Source of the DNA: Epiperipatus broadwayi
Taxonomy: Eukaryota; Animalia; Onychophora
Direction of reading: 5' to 3'
NCBI GenBank assembly: GCA_028023455.1
Contig: JAQFVV010000010.1
Span: 12,772,001-12,836,000, forward strand
DNA length: 64,000 bases
Within the stretch, counting starts at the first letter, position 1. Each line of letters opens with the position of its first letter. The notes beneath the pieces were generated by a model. That model was given only the letters and a program-made list of their open reading frames with translations. It ran no database searches and was not told the DNA's origin. Made by a program: the position numbers and the translations under genes. Positions 52,028-64,000 of the stretch are shown in pieces.

Positions 52028-53399
52028 ATACGCCCTCCTCCAAAAGCCTTCAAATACCTTTGCATATTTTGAAAGGCTCATTTTGGTACAATACTATCTG
52101 TTTCGCCTCATGTATCCCTCTGCTTCTTTTTCTGGTCCGACGTTCGGCTTCTCAGGTGGTCTCTTCTCTTCCGGTGTTTCCATTTTGGAAAGGTCTCCAT
52201 TCCTGTTCTCCGTCCTCTTTCATCCTCTTACTGCTTCACAGTACCTGCCGTAATCATATGAGCTCATGTCAATGGCATTGAGCAACTCGACGATCTCTCC
52301 AATGGATGCTTTCCCAGCCCCCCAAGATCATCTGTTCCACTTTCATGGGCATGCTATGTCTTACAATGTGGAGTATATGACTGTCAGGTTGCATGTATCC
52401 AATGTCCGTGGTCTAGCCACCTGTTTATGAAAAAATTGTGAATAGTTATTGTTGCAATCTTCTTTAAACTTTTCTTGCATAATTTGATAGCGCGTTAACT
52501 CCTGCCTATCCTCGGACCAAAAGGCCTCTCACTTCTTTTTGATACTCTTCAAAAATAGCCGGCTGTCGACCGAGCGTGACCTACCATGACTGGGCATTGT
52601 CTGTGAGGTTGCTGCATGCGATAATTACTTACTTTCTTCCGCCATGGGATTTATATTTAAATATTTTTTAGGCTACATAGATGCTCAACATGTGCTTCCC
52701 CCATCCTACCTGCAAATGGACGAATTTTTAGGAATTGGTTCACACTCCCTTGCACCATTGTGTGACTTATTACCGCTGCCGGTTTTCCTGAGGGGTTTAC
52801 TTGAGCACCCTGATTCTGTTCATCTCCACTCTCCATATCTGACTTTTCCCCTTACTGTTCTCCCAAATCATTTTCATCTTTAATTCCCACTTTCTGTTCT
52901 AATCTATCCATTCTCTTTTCTATTTCTCCGAATCTTAATTCTAAACCTTCAAGCTTTCTCAAAATTCACTCCAAAATATTTTCCTGTTCTTTTTCCATTT
53001 TATTTTGCGCCCTTGTTTTCATAAAATTTATTTTCTTTTATTTTACTTTTGATTAACGCCTTGGACCCACTCCCCCATCCCGACATACTGCATTGCCTTC
53101 CTGTTAGCCTCTTTAACTCTCGAAACCTCATCGAATTAGACAAAGAAATTAAAAATAACAGATTGTGTATGTTTGACCTACTGCGCAGCTACGAACTGAC
53201 AAAACTGGTTATTTTTAATAGATATACATTTAACAAATTAATGCCCTTCGATTTATTTAACACTTCATTTGAACTATATATCTAAACAACCCTTTCTTCA
53301 ATAAAATATAAAACTTTTCGCTTTATTAAGGTATTTCTGGAATCTCATACTCCCCATTCCCCTCTACTTCTCTTCGAAGCCCTTTAGTTGGGACGCCAT

Positions 53400-54895
53400 T
53401 ATAACAAACCCATTACCTCTCACTAGACAGGTGTACACTACCGAATATGTATATATGATGTATCAATATACGTGCCTATGTATTTTTATTTAATTAAGTG
53501 GTTTTGACCTAAAATATTATTATTCAAAACTTATGGATTTATTCTTGCAACTGTAATATATCCCCAACGCGTATTTATGGTCATCTGAAGGACACCAAGC
53601 GCCAATCCTATACGAATATAAGAATTACACGAAGTGGATATATTACCAACAAGAATACTATTTATGTAATGTGAGAGAGGTTTTGGCCATCAGCTAGCTC
53701 AGTCTCATGGTCAGGTGGCATCACAGCCGGGAGTAGCTACGAATGGGGTTAAGAGTTCTTTTCTCTTTTTTTTTAAACAAAAAAAAATAATAATAATAAC
53801 TAGATAAATGGATCTATAAATAAACAACTAATTCAACACTCTACTTTCTTTGTATATTTATTTAATATTATTAAAAAAATGTATTTATTACTCTGTCATT
53901 TCAAATCGCACACATATGTCATTCTTTCCAATAGATCTCTCATACATATCTCAAGTAGTGAAGGTCGATACTACGAAAAAGTTTGTATCATGTGACTTTC
54001 GACACTAATTACTTTATTACATCCATAATGGAATGAGGCTTTAATTAAATCTTATTAAATTAGTTCATACGTCCCCTTCACTTATTATTGCAAGAACAAA
54101 ATTTCCTTTTTCATAAAGAAAATTTAAAAAAATCAAGGATTAAAGTTCATTACCTGGCTTTCCCCAGGGAAGTAGTAGAAGCAGATTTATTTATTTATTA
54201 AAGAGTTCCGTTCCACAGGTAAATCAGGCAAATCAAGGCAAAGGTTTGAGATCTTTATGTCCGTTGTCTGGTGAGGTTCATCCTGGTTCCACGTTGGGAA
54301 TTATGTGTTGTTTTGAGGCATCATGGTTTTATTGGTCAAGGCAGCTGCAGCAGGTTGGGATTGAGGGTTTGAATCCGATGCGGCCTTCTCTTACCCCAAC
54401 ATTTCTTTTGAAATCGCCATTATATAAGCTAAATATTTAAAACCTTTTAGGTGTTCACGGTTGTAGCTCTGCCAGAAAAAGATGAAATGCATTTTGGGTG
54501 GCTCGCTTTTATAGCCCCGTCCATTTGTTCTAGAAGCTTCTTTTTTATCTCACTTCCGATTTTCAATGTGGACTAACCAGATCTGTTAGACGTTTGAAAG
54601 CTCATGTCATAGCTTCTATTGTAATATAACAACAAATGGAATCTCATTCTGCTGGAAACCTCTAGTTTTTAAAGCATGAAACAAAATCTCATCTCTCTTT
54701 TCACTACTTAATTCATTCATACACGCATTTGTCACACGCACATATATATCATTTAAAAATGACAGAGTCCCTCCCCCCGCATTTGTGTATTTGTAACCAC
54801 CACCATGTAATAAAAAAAATTATATATATATATGTCTATATATGTTTACCGATTAAATAAATTATTGTGACTGGGTTTGAACCCATTCTGTCACA
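53400..54895 (-). repeat. 5' LTR (1496 bp)
   Basis: Colinear copy of 50534-52027, followed on the minus strand by the PBS. Confidence 0.9.
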
Positions 54896-55739
54896 ATACA
54901 CAAAATCAAATTTTATCTTGGATTACTAAAAATTACAATTCCATTTCTCTACTATGTATTTCAATATATAGGCCTTAACATTTTCCAATGTCTAATCTTT
55001 TAATCAGTACTGTCCTCTCTTTGCATTTTTATGATGGCATTTAAAACTGTTTGCATTATATTGCAAATTAACCAAATTTTTAAAACCAGTACTGTAAAAC
55101 AAAAATTCATAGCCTATAAAATTCTCCACAAAAAAAAAAAATGCAAGATTCATCAAGATTGGTGAAATGTTTGTTGAATTATAAAATAACCTTTATACAG
55201 TAATATAGATAAAGTCACTGTTTAATATATAAATTAATGCAATCCAGTATTGGCTGGTTTAAACCACACTATGATGTAAACCAAATGATTTTTTAACATT
55301 TTTACAAAAAAAATAAATTATTAATCATTTTAAAAGGCCTTGAATTTAAACATTTTAACCATAGATGTTTATTGACAGTTCATTCATTATTAGACCAGAT
55401 CGGCCATGGCAACTTTGAGGGTCAGCTTGTCACAGCTCCAGTAATACATGAGCCACAATATTTTGAGGAATGGTAGCCTTAAACCCTCAAACCATGACCC
55501 CTTCCAAATTGAGAGGGTTTTTCTGCAGTTGTGGGAGTAGCACCCAAACTGCCATCTTTCCCCTACGGATGATCATATCTTTACCTCACACATTGTGTGA
55601 CCCTGCATTCAAGAATCTGGTAAATTGGTGCAAGGGTGCCTCAGACTAATTCCCTCTCAATGGAAAAAAAAACTGCACCATAACCAACAGTTTGCCAATA
55701 TAACAAGTAAAAGAAGGAAAATACTGGAAGTTATTGTAC

Positions 55740-56420
55740 TGTGACTTTTAAGAAACTGGTTGACAAATTTAGTTATATGGGCATTAAGGCCCACATAAAG
55801 TATAAAAATATTGTAACAATGGTACTATTGGCCAATATGTACTGTTCTGTTGTGTTTATCTTGCAATGTTGCCAGGAATACCAAATTAAACCAACCAATA
55901 AAATTTATACTGGGGTTTTGTCACCTATATTTCCCAATTACCCAAATGAGTTACTGGTCATAAAATTTTATGATCCATTACCCATTGTTTCAGCAATACA
56001 AATATTTATTGGTAACCTATGACATCTTTTTGAAGTTAGTACAAGTGTATACTTTATGAAAAGCAGATGTGAAAAGCACCATTACTGTACTAAAGGGGAA
56101 AGTTTTTCCAAGTAGGAAAACTTCTGGTAATTTTAAGTGATCATGGGATACCATTTATTTCTAAAGAATGGAGTAAGCGGATGCATCAGGAAGATATTCT
56201 AATCTCCATCTGAAATTCCAGTCCAATTCATGTGAGAGGTTTATGAAAGAATTAGGGGTCCTATTTCATTCATGTTTAGGAAAAAAATCATAAACAGTAG
56301 TCTACTGCTTTACCCTGGCTAATAAATATAAGTTGTACCCACCACAGGTCTTTCTCCAAGGAATTTACACTAGTCAGGTAGACCCTTCACTGTTTTAATG
56401 TTGTGTGCCAATTTGTCATG
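55740..56420 (+). mobile_element. Decayed Gypsy integrase fragment
   Basis: ORF 55741-56022 (H/C zinc-finger spacing, G.LSPI...P.E...DPLP) followed by SDHGIPFISKEW. Confidence 0.65.
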
Positions 56421-59400
56421 TTTGGGTCAATGTAGTGGAGGATAGAAGTTCCGTGGTTAGAAAAAAGAGCAGAGCAAAGAAAAAAGAGACCAGTCACAGC
56501 CGGTAATCTTTGATATAGGAGACTGTTTTTTATATATAAACCCAGTCCTCTAACAAGCTAAGTTCAAACCAATATAAAAAAAATTTGCCTTTGTTTAAGG
56601 ACCATACCAATTTGTTCAAGAGTGGGTTCCTAATGCTTTCATGATATTGGGGGAAAATGGAAAGAAAGGTTCATATAGTGCTCATAGTTTGAAGCCATTC
56701 AAAAAGAAAGGGGCATAGATTAAGGATGGTAATTTTTTATCTTTTGTTTCTCCTGAAAGAGAGGGAATGAAATGGTATTTTCCACCATCTCATATGTAGA
56801 TAATTTTACCATTTTGGAGAATTCAATTATTTTATAAGTGAGGTAGTGTTTAAATATATATTAAATTTGAAAAATTATAGAATGTGTATATAATTACTTA
56901 TATAAAATTTTATCTTTCTAAAGAATCAAAGCTTTAAAGTTTTATTTTTTTATCTGATAATTGTTCTAGCAAAATATTTCATTCTTTAAGTACACAGTTT
57001 CTTTTATATTTATGTATTTTAATTAGTAATTGTAAAGAGAAAAAAAGGAAATGAAAAAAGAAAGTAAGATTTGCAAATCAATCTCTATTGTTGGGGTTTA
57101 AAGTAGATACAAAAATTGATAATGGAAAAAAATTTATAAAGGAGTCACTATTGTTTCTTTGCATAACCATGCAGGATATTTTAAAAGAAAAGTTTTTTAA
57201 ATTCCATGAGCCAAAGTATGAACAAAAGAGAAAAACTTTCACTTGCGTGTTTCCAAAAATAGCCAGAAAATGCCAAACCAAATTAAATGGAAAAATAATT
57301 GGAAGTAGGGTGTGAGATAAAAATAAAAAGTCTATAAATTGGACAAACTCCTTGAGGAAGTAGAGTCATGAAGAGCAGCTAAAGGGAAGAAAAGAGAAAA
57401 AAAAGCTAAAATGTTGTCTGACTAGAGTCTTCAAAATCTCTCCCCAGGGGATTCTCCCCTAATGCTTTCCCTAAATGTCATTGAGGAATTTATTGTACAT
57501 AGAATGACAGAGGCCAACAAGCTACTTGAGGCTGTAATAGGGTAAAAGAATAGAATCAGTCAGTCTTTCACTGGGACTCGACAAGTAGAAAAATGAATTC
57601 AAACCTAGATGAATTTGCCTGGGAATGCTGATAGCTGTATTTTCATTTGAATTGGATGTTTGATGCCAACTTCAGCATCTTTGAAAGTGTGGTAAAGAAA
57701 AGTTAAACATAAACTGTCTTAAAATCATTGAACTTTGTTTAGTTCACAATATTTAATTAGTGACTGTTTAAATGTAACAAACTATAAGCCAGGGTATGAC
57801 CTCTCAACAATAGCGTGATGCATACTTAAATATCTTATTTATATCTTTGATGCTAGAATGATTGTCATGTTCAACATTTCACTTTAGTATTAACTTTCTT
57901 AGTGTGATCTTTATGATTATATGATGTGTGTGTGTGTATCATATGCCAAGGGGTTTGGTTTAGGCCAATCTTAATTAAGGTGTGGAATGGTCAAATTTAA
58001 GCAGAAATGTAAAATGATAATATGGTCATAAAGACACAAAGTTACTTATGGTTGTATTATAGTTTAGTTAAAATTGAGTAACATTTTAAATTAAGGTAGA
58101 GGTTTTGGGGCATAGGCAAAATAAGCTGCTCACTAAAATATATACGCTTGTTATTAGCAATCCTATTTGGATAGGATTCCAATGGGAAATTTGGGTCTGC
58201 ACTGATTCGTAAGGTGTTGCTAAGTATATATCCTTGGAATAGAAACAAGATATCAATGTTATTCAAGGCATGGTGAGAATAGGAACCAAATTTAAAGATC
58301 ATGTCTGAATTGATATTGAGTACAAATATTGTGAAAGGCTTAGTAAAGGTTATTCTTAAATGAAAATTCTCATATTTATCTGAATCCATTTTAGTTACTT
58401 TCAATCAATATATTCTGGTTATAGAATTTTTGACAAAAGTGCATTTGTCTGGCATCAGTTACTTTGGGTTTAATTCCTGTGTTACAAACTAAATAAATAA
58501 ACACTAAGACCTGGGAAGAAGTCTTGGTCTAGTGCTAGGCAATCCGCCTAGTGGTGCCCTTAGATAGGTTATTTAATCTGGATGATTGTTGAGAGAAATT
58601 GAGTAAACAGTTTGTGCTATCATAATATATAGAACTTATATAAATGCAATTGTTAGATTACTGTTGAATGGTTAAAATATTCTGTATTTAAGTTAGTTGA
58701 TTTGTTCTGTAAATTTGAGATTGGATCCAAAGGGTCACCTTATTTAAATAGTATGATTAGACTTAAAAAAGGCACTCTGTAAATTAAGTTATTAAATCAG
58801 GATTTGGGCTTAAAATAACTATTCCCTAGAATTATAAAATATTAGATATATGTGTGTGACTATGCTATGAAGCTCGAGATATAAATATATTGTATTTGTG
58901 GGTCAGAAAACATAGGTCTATATCCAGGGTGTATTAAAGATCAGGGTTTTCTCTATGGCAAATATGCTTAGTCATAAAACTAAATTAGTAATACAATATG
59001 TACAGAAGATTAATGTTTAAAATTAATCAAAATAAACTTTGGATACTTCACAAATAATTATTTTTCCACCATGCAAATGAACTAAAAGTTAAGATAGTAG
59101 AGAAATAGCTTAACTAACAATTATTACAAATTCTTATGATACAGTCTGTAATATAATCATACTTAGGGAAAAGAACTTTATATAAACTGTTTTGCTATTA
59201 GTTTAAATAATGTATTAACTTGTTTATGTGTAATATTGTCTGCCTGCATATTTATTCCATGTTCATTTCATCAGGAGTAATTTAGGTTCTACATGATCTA
59301 GTCAGGTATTGCAAATAGCAGCTGTGCAATGGTTATATCATCATCATATTTAAAAAAAATCAATTCTTATTTAAATATAGATGCTGGTCTATTTCCTGAT

Positions 59401-59575
59401 GTTTAATGTCATATAGTGCCAGAATCAATTAAAATATATTCAAATAATTTAAACATACATAAGCTGGCCATCACAATATATAATAATTATGGTTAAGTCA
59501 AACAATATTGTTAGAAAAGGTGTAGTACAAAAAATATTTTTATTAAAGATTTTAAAATATTAATTAAAGTGAATT

Positions 59576-59657
59576 TTTTTTTCTCATGTGTCATAGCATC
59601 AGCGGGGAAGTGAACCCGCTAACCCGGGACAACTGCTTGTAAAGCAGCTGTCTTGAC
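59576..59657 (-). mobile_element. Second, 5'-truncated copy of the tRNA-Gly mini-SINE
   Basis: Minus strand GTCAAGACAGCTGCTTTACAAGCAGTTGTCCCGGGTT[AGCGGGTT]CACTTCCCCGCTGATGC-TATGACACATGAG-A9; 15-bp TSD TAATTAAAGTGAATT (59561-59575, 59658-59672). Confidence 0.82.
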
Positions 59658-60329
59658 TAATTAAAGTGAATTGAATATAAATTATGCATGATCTATAATG
59701 TTGTCATGTCTCTTCTTCAGTGTCCGAGGTAAATCTCATATATGTAAAACTATGGTTATTAATGTCAGCTGCAAATGGGGAGATAATAAGTGAATTAGCT
59801 ATCTATCAGATAAAATGACAACAGACTTAACTTGATTTTTTTGATATAATTTGTTATGACATTTATTAACATACATATACAAGAATTTACACAAGCCCTT
59901 AAGTATAGATAGAAAAAAATTGAACGTCTTAATTTTCTTTATTACTGTTAAACACTTATTTTATTAAACCTCATCAATCTGATCGTTTTGATTGACCATC
60001 AGTCATCTTAAGAGCTATCAGATATACATAGTTTAACATATAAACAATTAACCTAATATCATATCCCCTTATAAATTGCCTCATTTTTATATCCTATTAC
60101 ATATATATATTTACATAAATATACTACACCAACATATATTATGCATCACACATATACAATATATTGTAATAGTATGAATACTGAACCCTACCTTTTGAAG
60201 ACGCTCTTTTTTGCCTAACGCATATCAATATACCGATTCACGGGCCATCGGTTTCTTTACAGAATACTACGGTACAAATTTTTTTTCCCCCACTCTCTAT
60301 ACATAAAAGTCGTATGTTTTTTTTTTGTG

Positions 60330-60920
60330 TGTGTTTTTAATAAACAAACACTTTGTTTTTATATGGGTGTGTGTGTGGGGGGGGGTTGGTTTGCTTTTAA
60401 ATTATCGACTTTTTTTTTGATTTTGAATTATCGAGTTCTTTACATAATACTATGGTAAAAAAATTTTTTTAAACCTTTCTAAACGTAAAACTCGTACATT
60501 TTTTTTGCCTTTTTAATAAACAAACACCACTTTGTTTTTAGATCGTAGAGGGGGGTTGGTTTGCTTTTAAATTATCGCCTTTTTTTGGATTTCAAGCTTC
60601 TTTTTTAAAGCATTAAACAATTCAGTTTTAATTAATAAACCAACAGTTGGTTTTTAGAGGGTGGAGAGGGGTTGGTTTGAATTTTAATTTTCATCTTTTG
60701 CCGATGTATTGGAAACTTCGCATATTAATTTTAAATGTGTTCGAATATAGAATATATAAAGAGATAGATTAACAAAATATATGAATTATTGGAGGGCGAT
60801 TGGTTTGCTTTTAGATTATCGACTTTTTATTGATTTTGAGCTTTTGTTTTTTTAATAAATCAACTGTTGGTTTTTAGAGGGTGGAGGGGGGTTGGTTTGA
60901 TTTTTAATTATCATCTTTTA
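60330..60920. repeat. Degenerate array of five ~85-170-bp units
   Basis: Motif GG(G)GTTGGTTTG(C/A)TTTTAA(A)TTATC recurs near 60380, 60550, 60668, 60795 and 60885, most copies preceded by TAAAC(A/C)AAC..TT(T/G)GTTTT. Confidence 0.75.
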
Positions 60921-61099
60921 TTTTCTTATGTTTTTTTTTAAAAAAATATTTATGCTACCAAAACCTTTATATGATAGCGAATTCTTCCTTTATTTTTTGC
61001 CTTTTTCAAAAAGCCTTAGTTAAACAATTCATTTTTTAAAAAAAAACATTTTTTAGGGGGGCGGGGAGTTACAGTTTGTTTAACTCCAATGGGAGATGA

Positions 61100-61420
61100 G
61101 CCTCAAAGCTGTAAGGGGATTTTGGAGCTGTCCAACCAACTTCCCTTACTAAGACCCCAGGTATGCTTGCAGAAACAGAATTCCCAGATCCTATAGTTGA
61201 CTAAAACAATGCTCCTCCCACAAGCATATAGCTTCGCACCTGGCAGGATGTTCCTCTTTCTGGAAAAACACAAAAGCATCAACTTTTGTGGCCAGCAATT
61301 CATTTCCCTTCAACCAATTTTGAATACTTGCCATACCAACATTTTACTCTTCTCGCCCAAATTCACGCATAAACATGGATGAAAACCCTAACCTTTTCAC
61401 ATTGTGTGCAGTTCAAAATT
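61100..61420 (-). mobile_element. LINE (CR1/L2/Jockey-like) RT C-terminal fragment
   Basis: Minus strand IQNWLKGNELLATKVDAFVF...DLGILF, the W...N.L..N..K and KDLGI motifs downstream of FADD. Confidence 0.55.
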
Positions 61421-61861
61421 GTCAGGAAGCATGTGTGATAGCGTGACAATTCTTAATATGTAATACTAAATCCACTATGCTTTCTCAAAATTTTTCCACA
61501 ATGAATTTTTTGATAGTTTTGCATCCTTCAAATATGGCCACCATCAAATCAGACCATAGCAAAAGTTGAATTGTGCTCACTTGAGGAATACTGTCTAGGC
61601 AGCCTGTTACAGCTCTAAACAACACTATTGTAGTGTTAGACATAAGTTAGGCCACTAAAATGGTATATTGATGTGCATTGTATGAAAAACAATGCCATCA
61701 AGCAGTATTTTATATTAATATTATCACAATTACAAAAACTATAAAAATATAACTAACCTATAAAACTTATAATCTTTTATTATTTATTAATTAATTTTCT
61801 ATTATTATTTAAATATTAATATATAAACTTTAAATTAAGATTAATAATTGTTATTAAACTT

Positions 61862-62165
61862 GTTAAATAATCACAAACTTCTTACACCTTTAAGCAAATA
61901 ATGTTTATTAATAAACAGTTTTGAATGTTCCTCAGTCTTCTTCAGATCTCAATCTATTTCTCTACCTTTCCACTGAATGAAAGGATAGTAAAATAATGGA
62001 AAAGAAGAGAAATAGATTGATCTGAAGAAGACTGTGAGGAACAGTTGAAACTGTTTATTAATAACCATTATTTGCTTAAAGGTGTAAGAAATTTGTGATT
62101 ATTTAATATATTGTTATATATGAATAAGCAAAATTACTGAAGAAGTATATACAGAATTATATAGA
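61862..62165 (+). mobile_element. Older fold-back element with a degenerate hammerhead (family C)
   Basis: Arms 61863-61963 / 62006-62106, 59-nt tail, 11-bp TSD TTATTAAACTT (61851-61861, 62166-62176); CTGAAGA-hairpin-GAAA at 62022-62050. Confidence 0.72.
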
Positions 62166-64000
62166 TTATTAAACTTATTAACTATTCTTGTAAAATTATT
62201 TTTATTATAAAATGTATTTATATTTTTTTGAATAATAATCTAATATTAATACCCATTTTCTTATTGAGTTTTTTAGTTGCCACCGAATTGAATTTTAAAT
62301 TGTTTTAATGTTGTACAGTAGCTGCCTCTTAATTTTTTATATAACTTATTTTAAATCGCTCACAAATTATTTGAAATTATCTCAATCCTATTTATATCAA
62401 GAGTTTTTAAGCCAAAATCTTTATTTAACGTGGGTTTCATACTATTTATACAAAGTTTCTTTGATACAAATATTTCATAAATAGAAAAGTATAAAAGCAA
62501 ATAATTGTATATAATTTAAAATAGTGAACTTATTAAATGAGATTGTCATACAATCTCAAATAGTAAAAAAAATACAATATTTGCAAATCTACTCCTAACA
62601 CTTGGGGATGATCTCATACACTTAACTAATGAATATATTTTAAATATAAAATACTTAGCCCAATGGTCTAGGTCTGCTTTGGCATGTCAGGAGCTAGTCT
62701 TCTCCTTGGAAGCACATTCTTAATGTTAATAGATAATTACCTTACTCTGAAATTAAGAATGGAAGGAACTTCCTACAATTAATTATCCCTAGCATGGGGT
62801 AATTGAAATATTTATATAGTTTATTCAGGGTGATCAATGAGAATTACTCTCAATACATTGAAAGTAACTAGATTCAGACAAAATTTTAGACGGTAATTAA
62901 TTACTCATCTGCAATTTTCTGGATTTTTTAATTTTATATATTTAATTTCTAATTAAATATTTTACACAATATTTAATTTTTAATTAAATCTATATCTGCT
63001 GTTTTACAATTATATTACTTGAACTACATATAATAATATGAATAAAAGTAAACTACATTTATTAATTATAATACTTATACAAATAATTCTCTATATACAT
63101 TAATTGATGTACAGATATATAAGCATACTTTTTACTTGTAATATATATAGCAAATGTAGAAATCCCACATTTTGTCTATCACATTATGAATTCACTCTTC
63201 TTTTGATCTCGGGCATTTAATCAGTAGAGGTCTTGGTGCATATGACAATGGGTTGTGTATGTGGAACATTTTCACCCTAATAACTATATTGAATCAATCT
63301 TTTTTTTTTTGTTTTTTTTTTTAAATTACAAAATTTACATTTGGCTGTTAATTTTTTCTTCTAAAGTTAAAATGACCTTATTCATTTACAATAGCTGCTA
63401 ATGGTGATTAAACTAATTTAGAATACTGTCATAAATATATTGAAATACAATTTAGATTCCCTGCTGACTTAATATAGATACTGAAAAAAATTTCATTTCA
63501 TACTTACAATACTCTGGTAAGACTAATTTATGTTCTTCAATTTGCAAGATGAAACATAGAATTTATTGTTTTAAGAACATATATTCATTAGATTGTGCAG
63601 ATGATAGTTTAATAGATAAGTTGAACAATGATAAAGATATGTGTAAGAGAATGCAATCCGAGTCAAATAGAGTGCTGGTTTAGCATGAAATGTGTATCAT
63701 GAGAATCATATATCCTTTTCATGTTTTTGGTCATGTTTATGATTACATCCCTCCACAAAGTGTTAAAAAGCAATTAGAACTGCTCCCTATCATGCATGAT
63801 AGCGATATAGTGAAAATTACACTATAGAAATATTATTCAATAAATGAATAATCTCTAGTCTAATGAACGACTAACAAAAATTATCAGAGTAGCAAGTCTT
63901 TAAAAAAAATTTAATGGAATTGATCATTATTTTTATAAAAGATCACATCCCATTTGCAATTTCTATTGCTAGCATTGAGAGCAAGTGGCTAACGATGGAA

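Larger units (their letters stand above)
50534..54895 (-). mobile_element. Non-autonomous LTR retrotransposon with ~1.5-kb LTRs and a gag-only remnant
   Basis: Direct repeats 50534-52027 and 53400-54895; 4-bp TSD ATAC; PBS TGGCGTCCCAAC (53387-53398); PPT GGAGGAGGG (52031-52041); 1.37-kb interior with disrupted gag-like reading (LTDNAQSW*VTL...FEEY); no pol seen. Confidence 0.88.

Noticed and set aside
51382-54440. Two near-identical short ORFs (51382-51564, 54246-54440) suggesting a duplicated gene
   Set aside because: They are the same stretch of the two LTRs, on the element's antisense strand.
58057-58404. 115-aa minus-strand ORF with a possible internal exon (GYILSNTLRISADPNF...)
   Set aside because: No recognisable family and no supporting neighbouring exons could be linked; left uncalled pending BLAST or RNA-seq.

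Overview
Strongly AT-rich eukaryotic (most likely invertebrate animal) DNA dominated by introns and transposon remnants. One host gene is recognisable: a + strand LETMD1-like (LETM1 domain) gene with four clean coding exons (7651-7840, 10686-10787, 12296-12439, 32415-32511), a ~20-kb intron (12440-32414) and an ambiguous 3' end; its 5' exons are not in the window. Decayed elements include a full-length Ty3/Gypsy with two LTRs (127-5535), a non-autonomous LTR element with ~1.5-kb LTRs (50534-54895), RTE and other LINE fragments, two Buster-type hATs, a probable Chapaev3, and a ~95-bp tRNA-Gly-derived SINE present twice with target-site duplications (TSDs). The most striking pattern is a set of short fold-back insertions (22998-23708, 31862-32262, 37245-37494, 49160-49925, 61862-62165, plus the related 12662-13086). 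Five share one architecture: TSD, inverted arm, spacer, sense arm, a 34-59-nt unpaired tail, TSD. They fall into about five families unrelated in sequence, several carry minimal type I hammerhead ribozymes, and they look like Penelope-like/retrozyme-type insertions. Three sense-strand hammerheads lie inside the long LETMD1 intron. All calls are by eye, without database searches or folding software.
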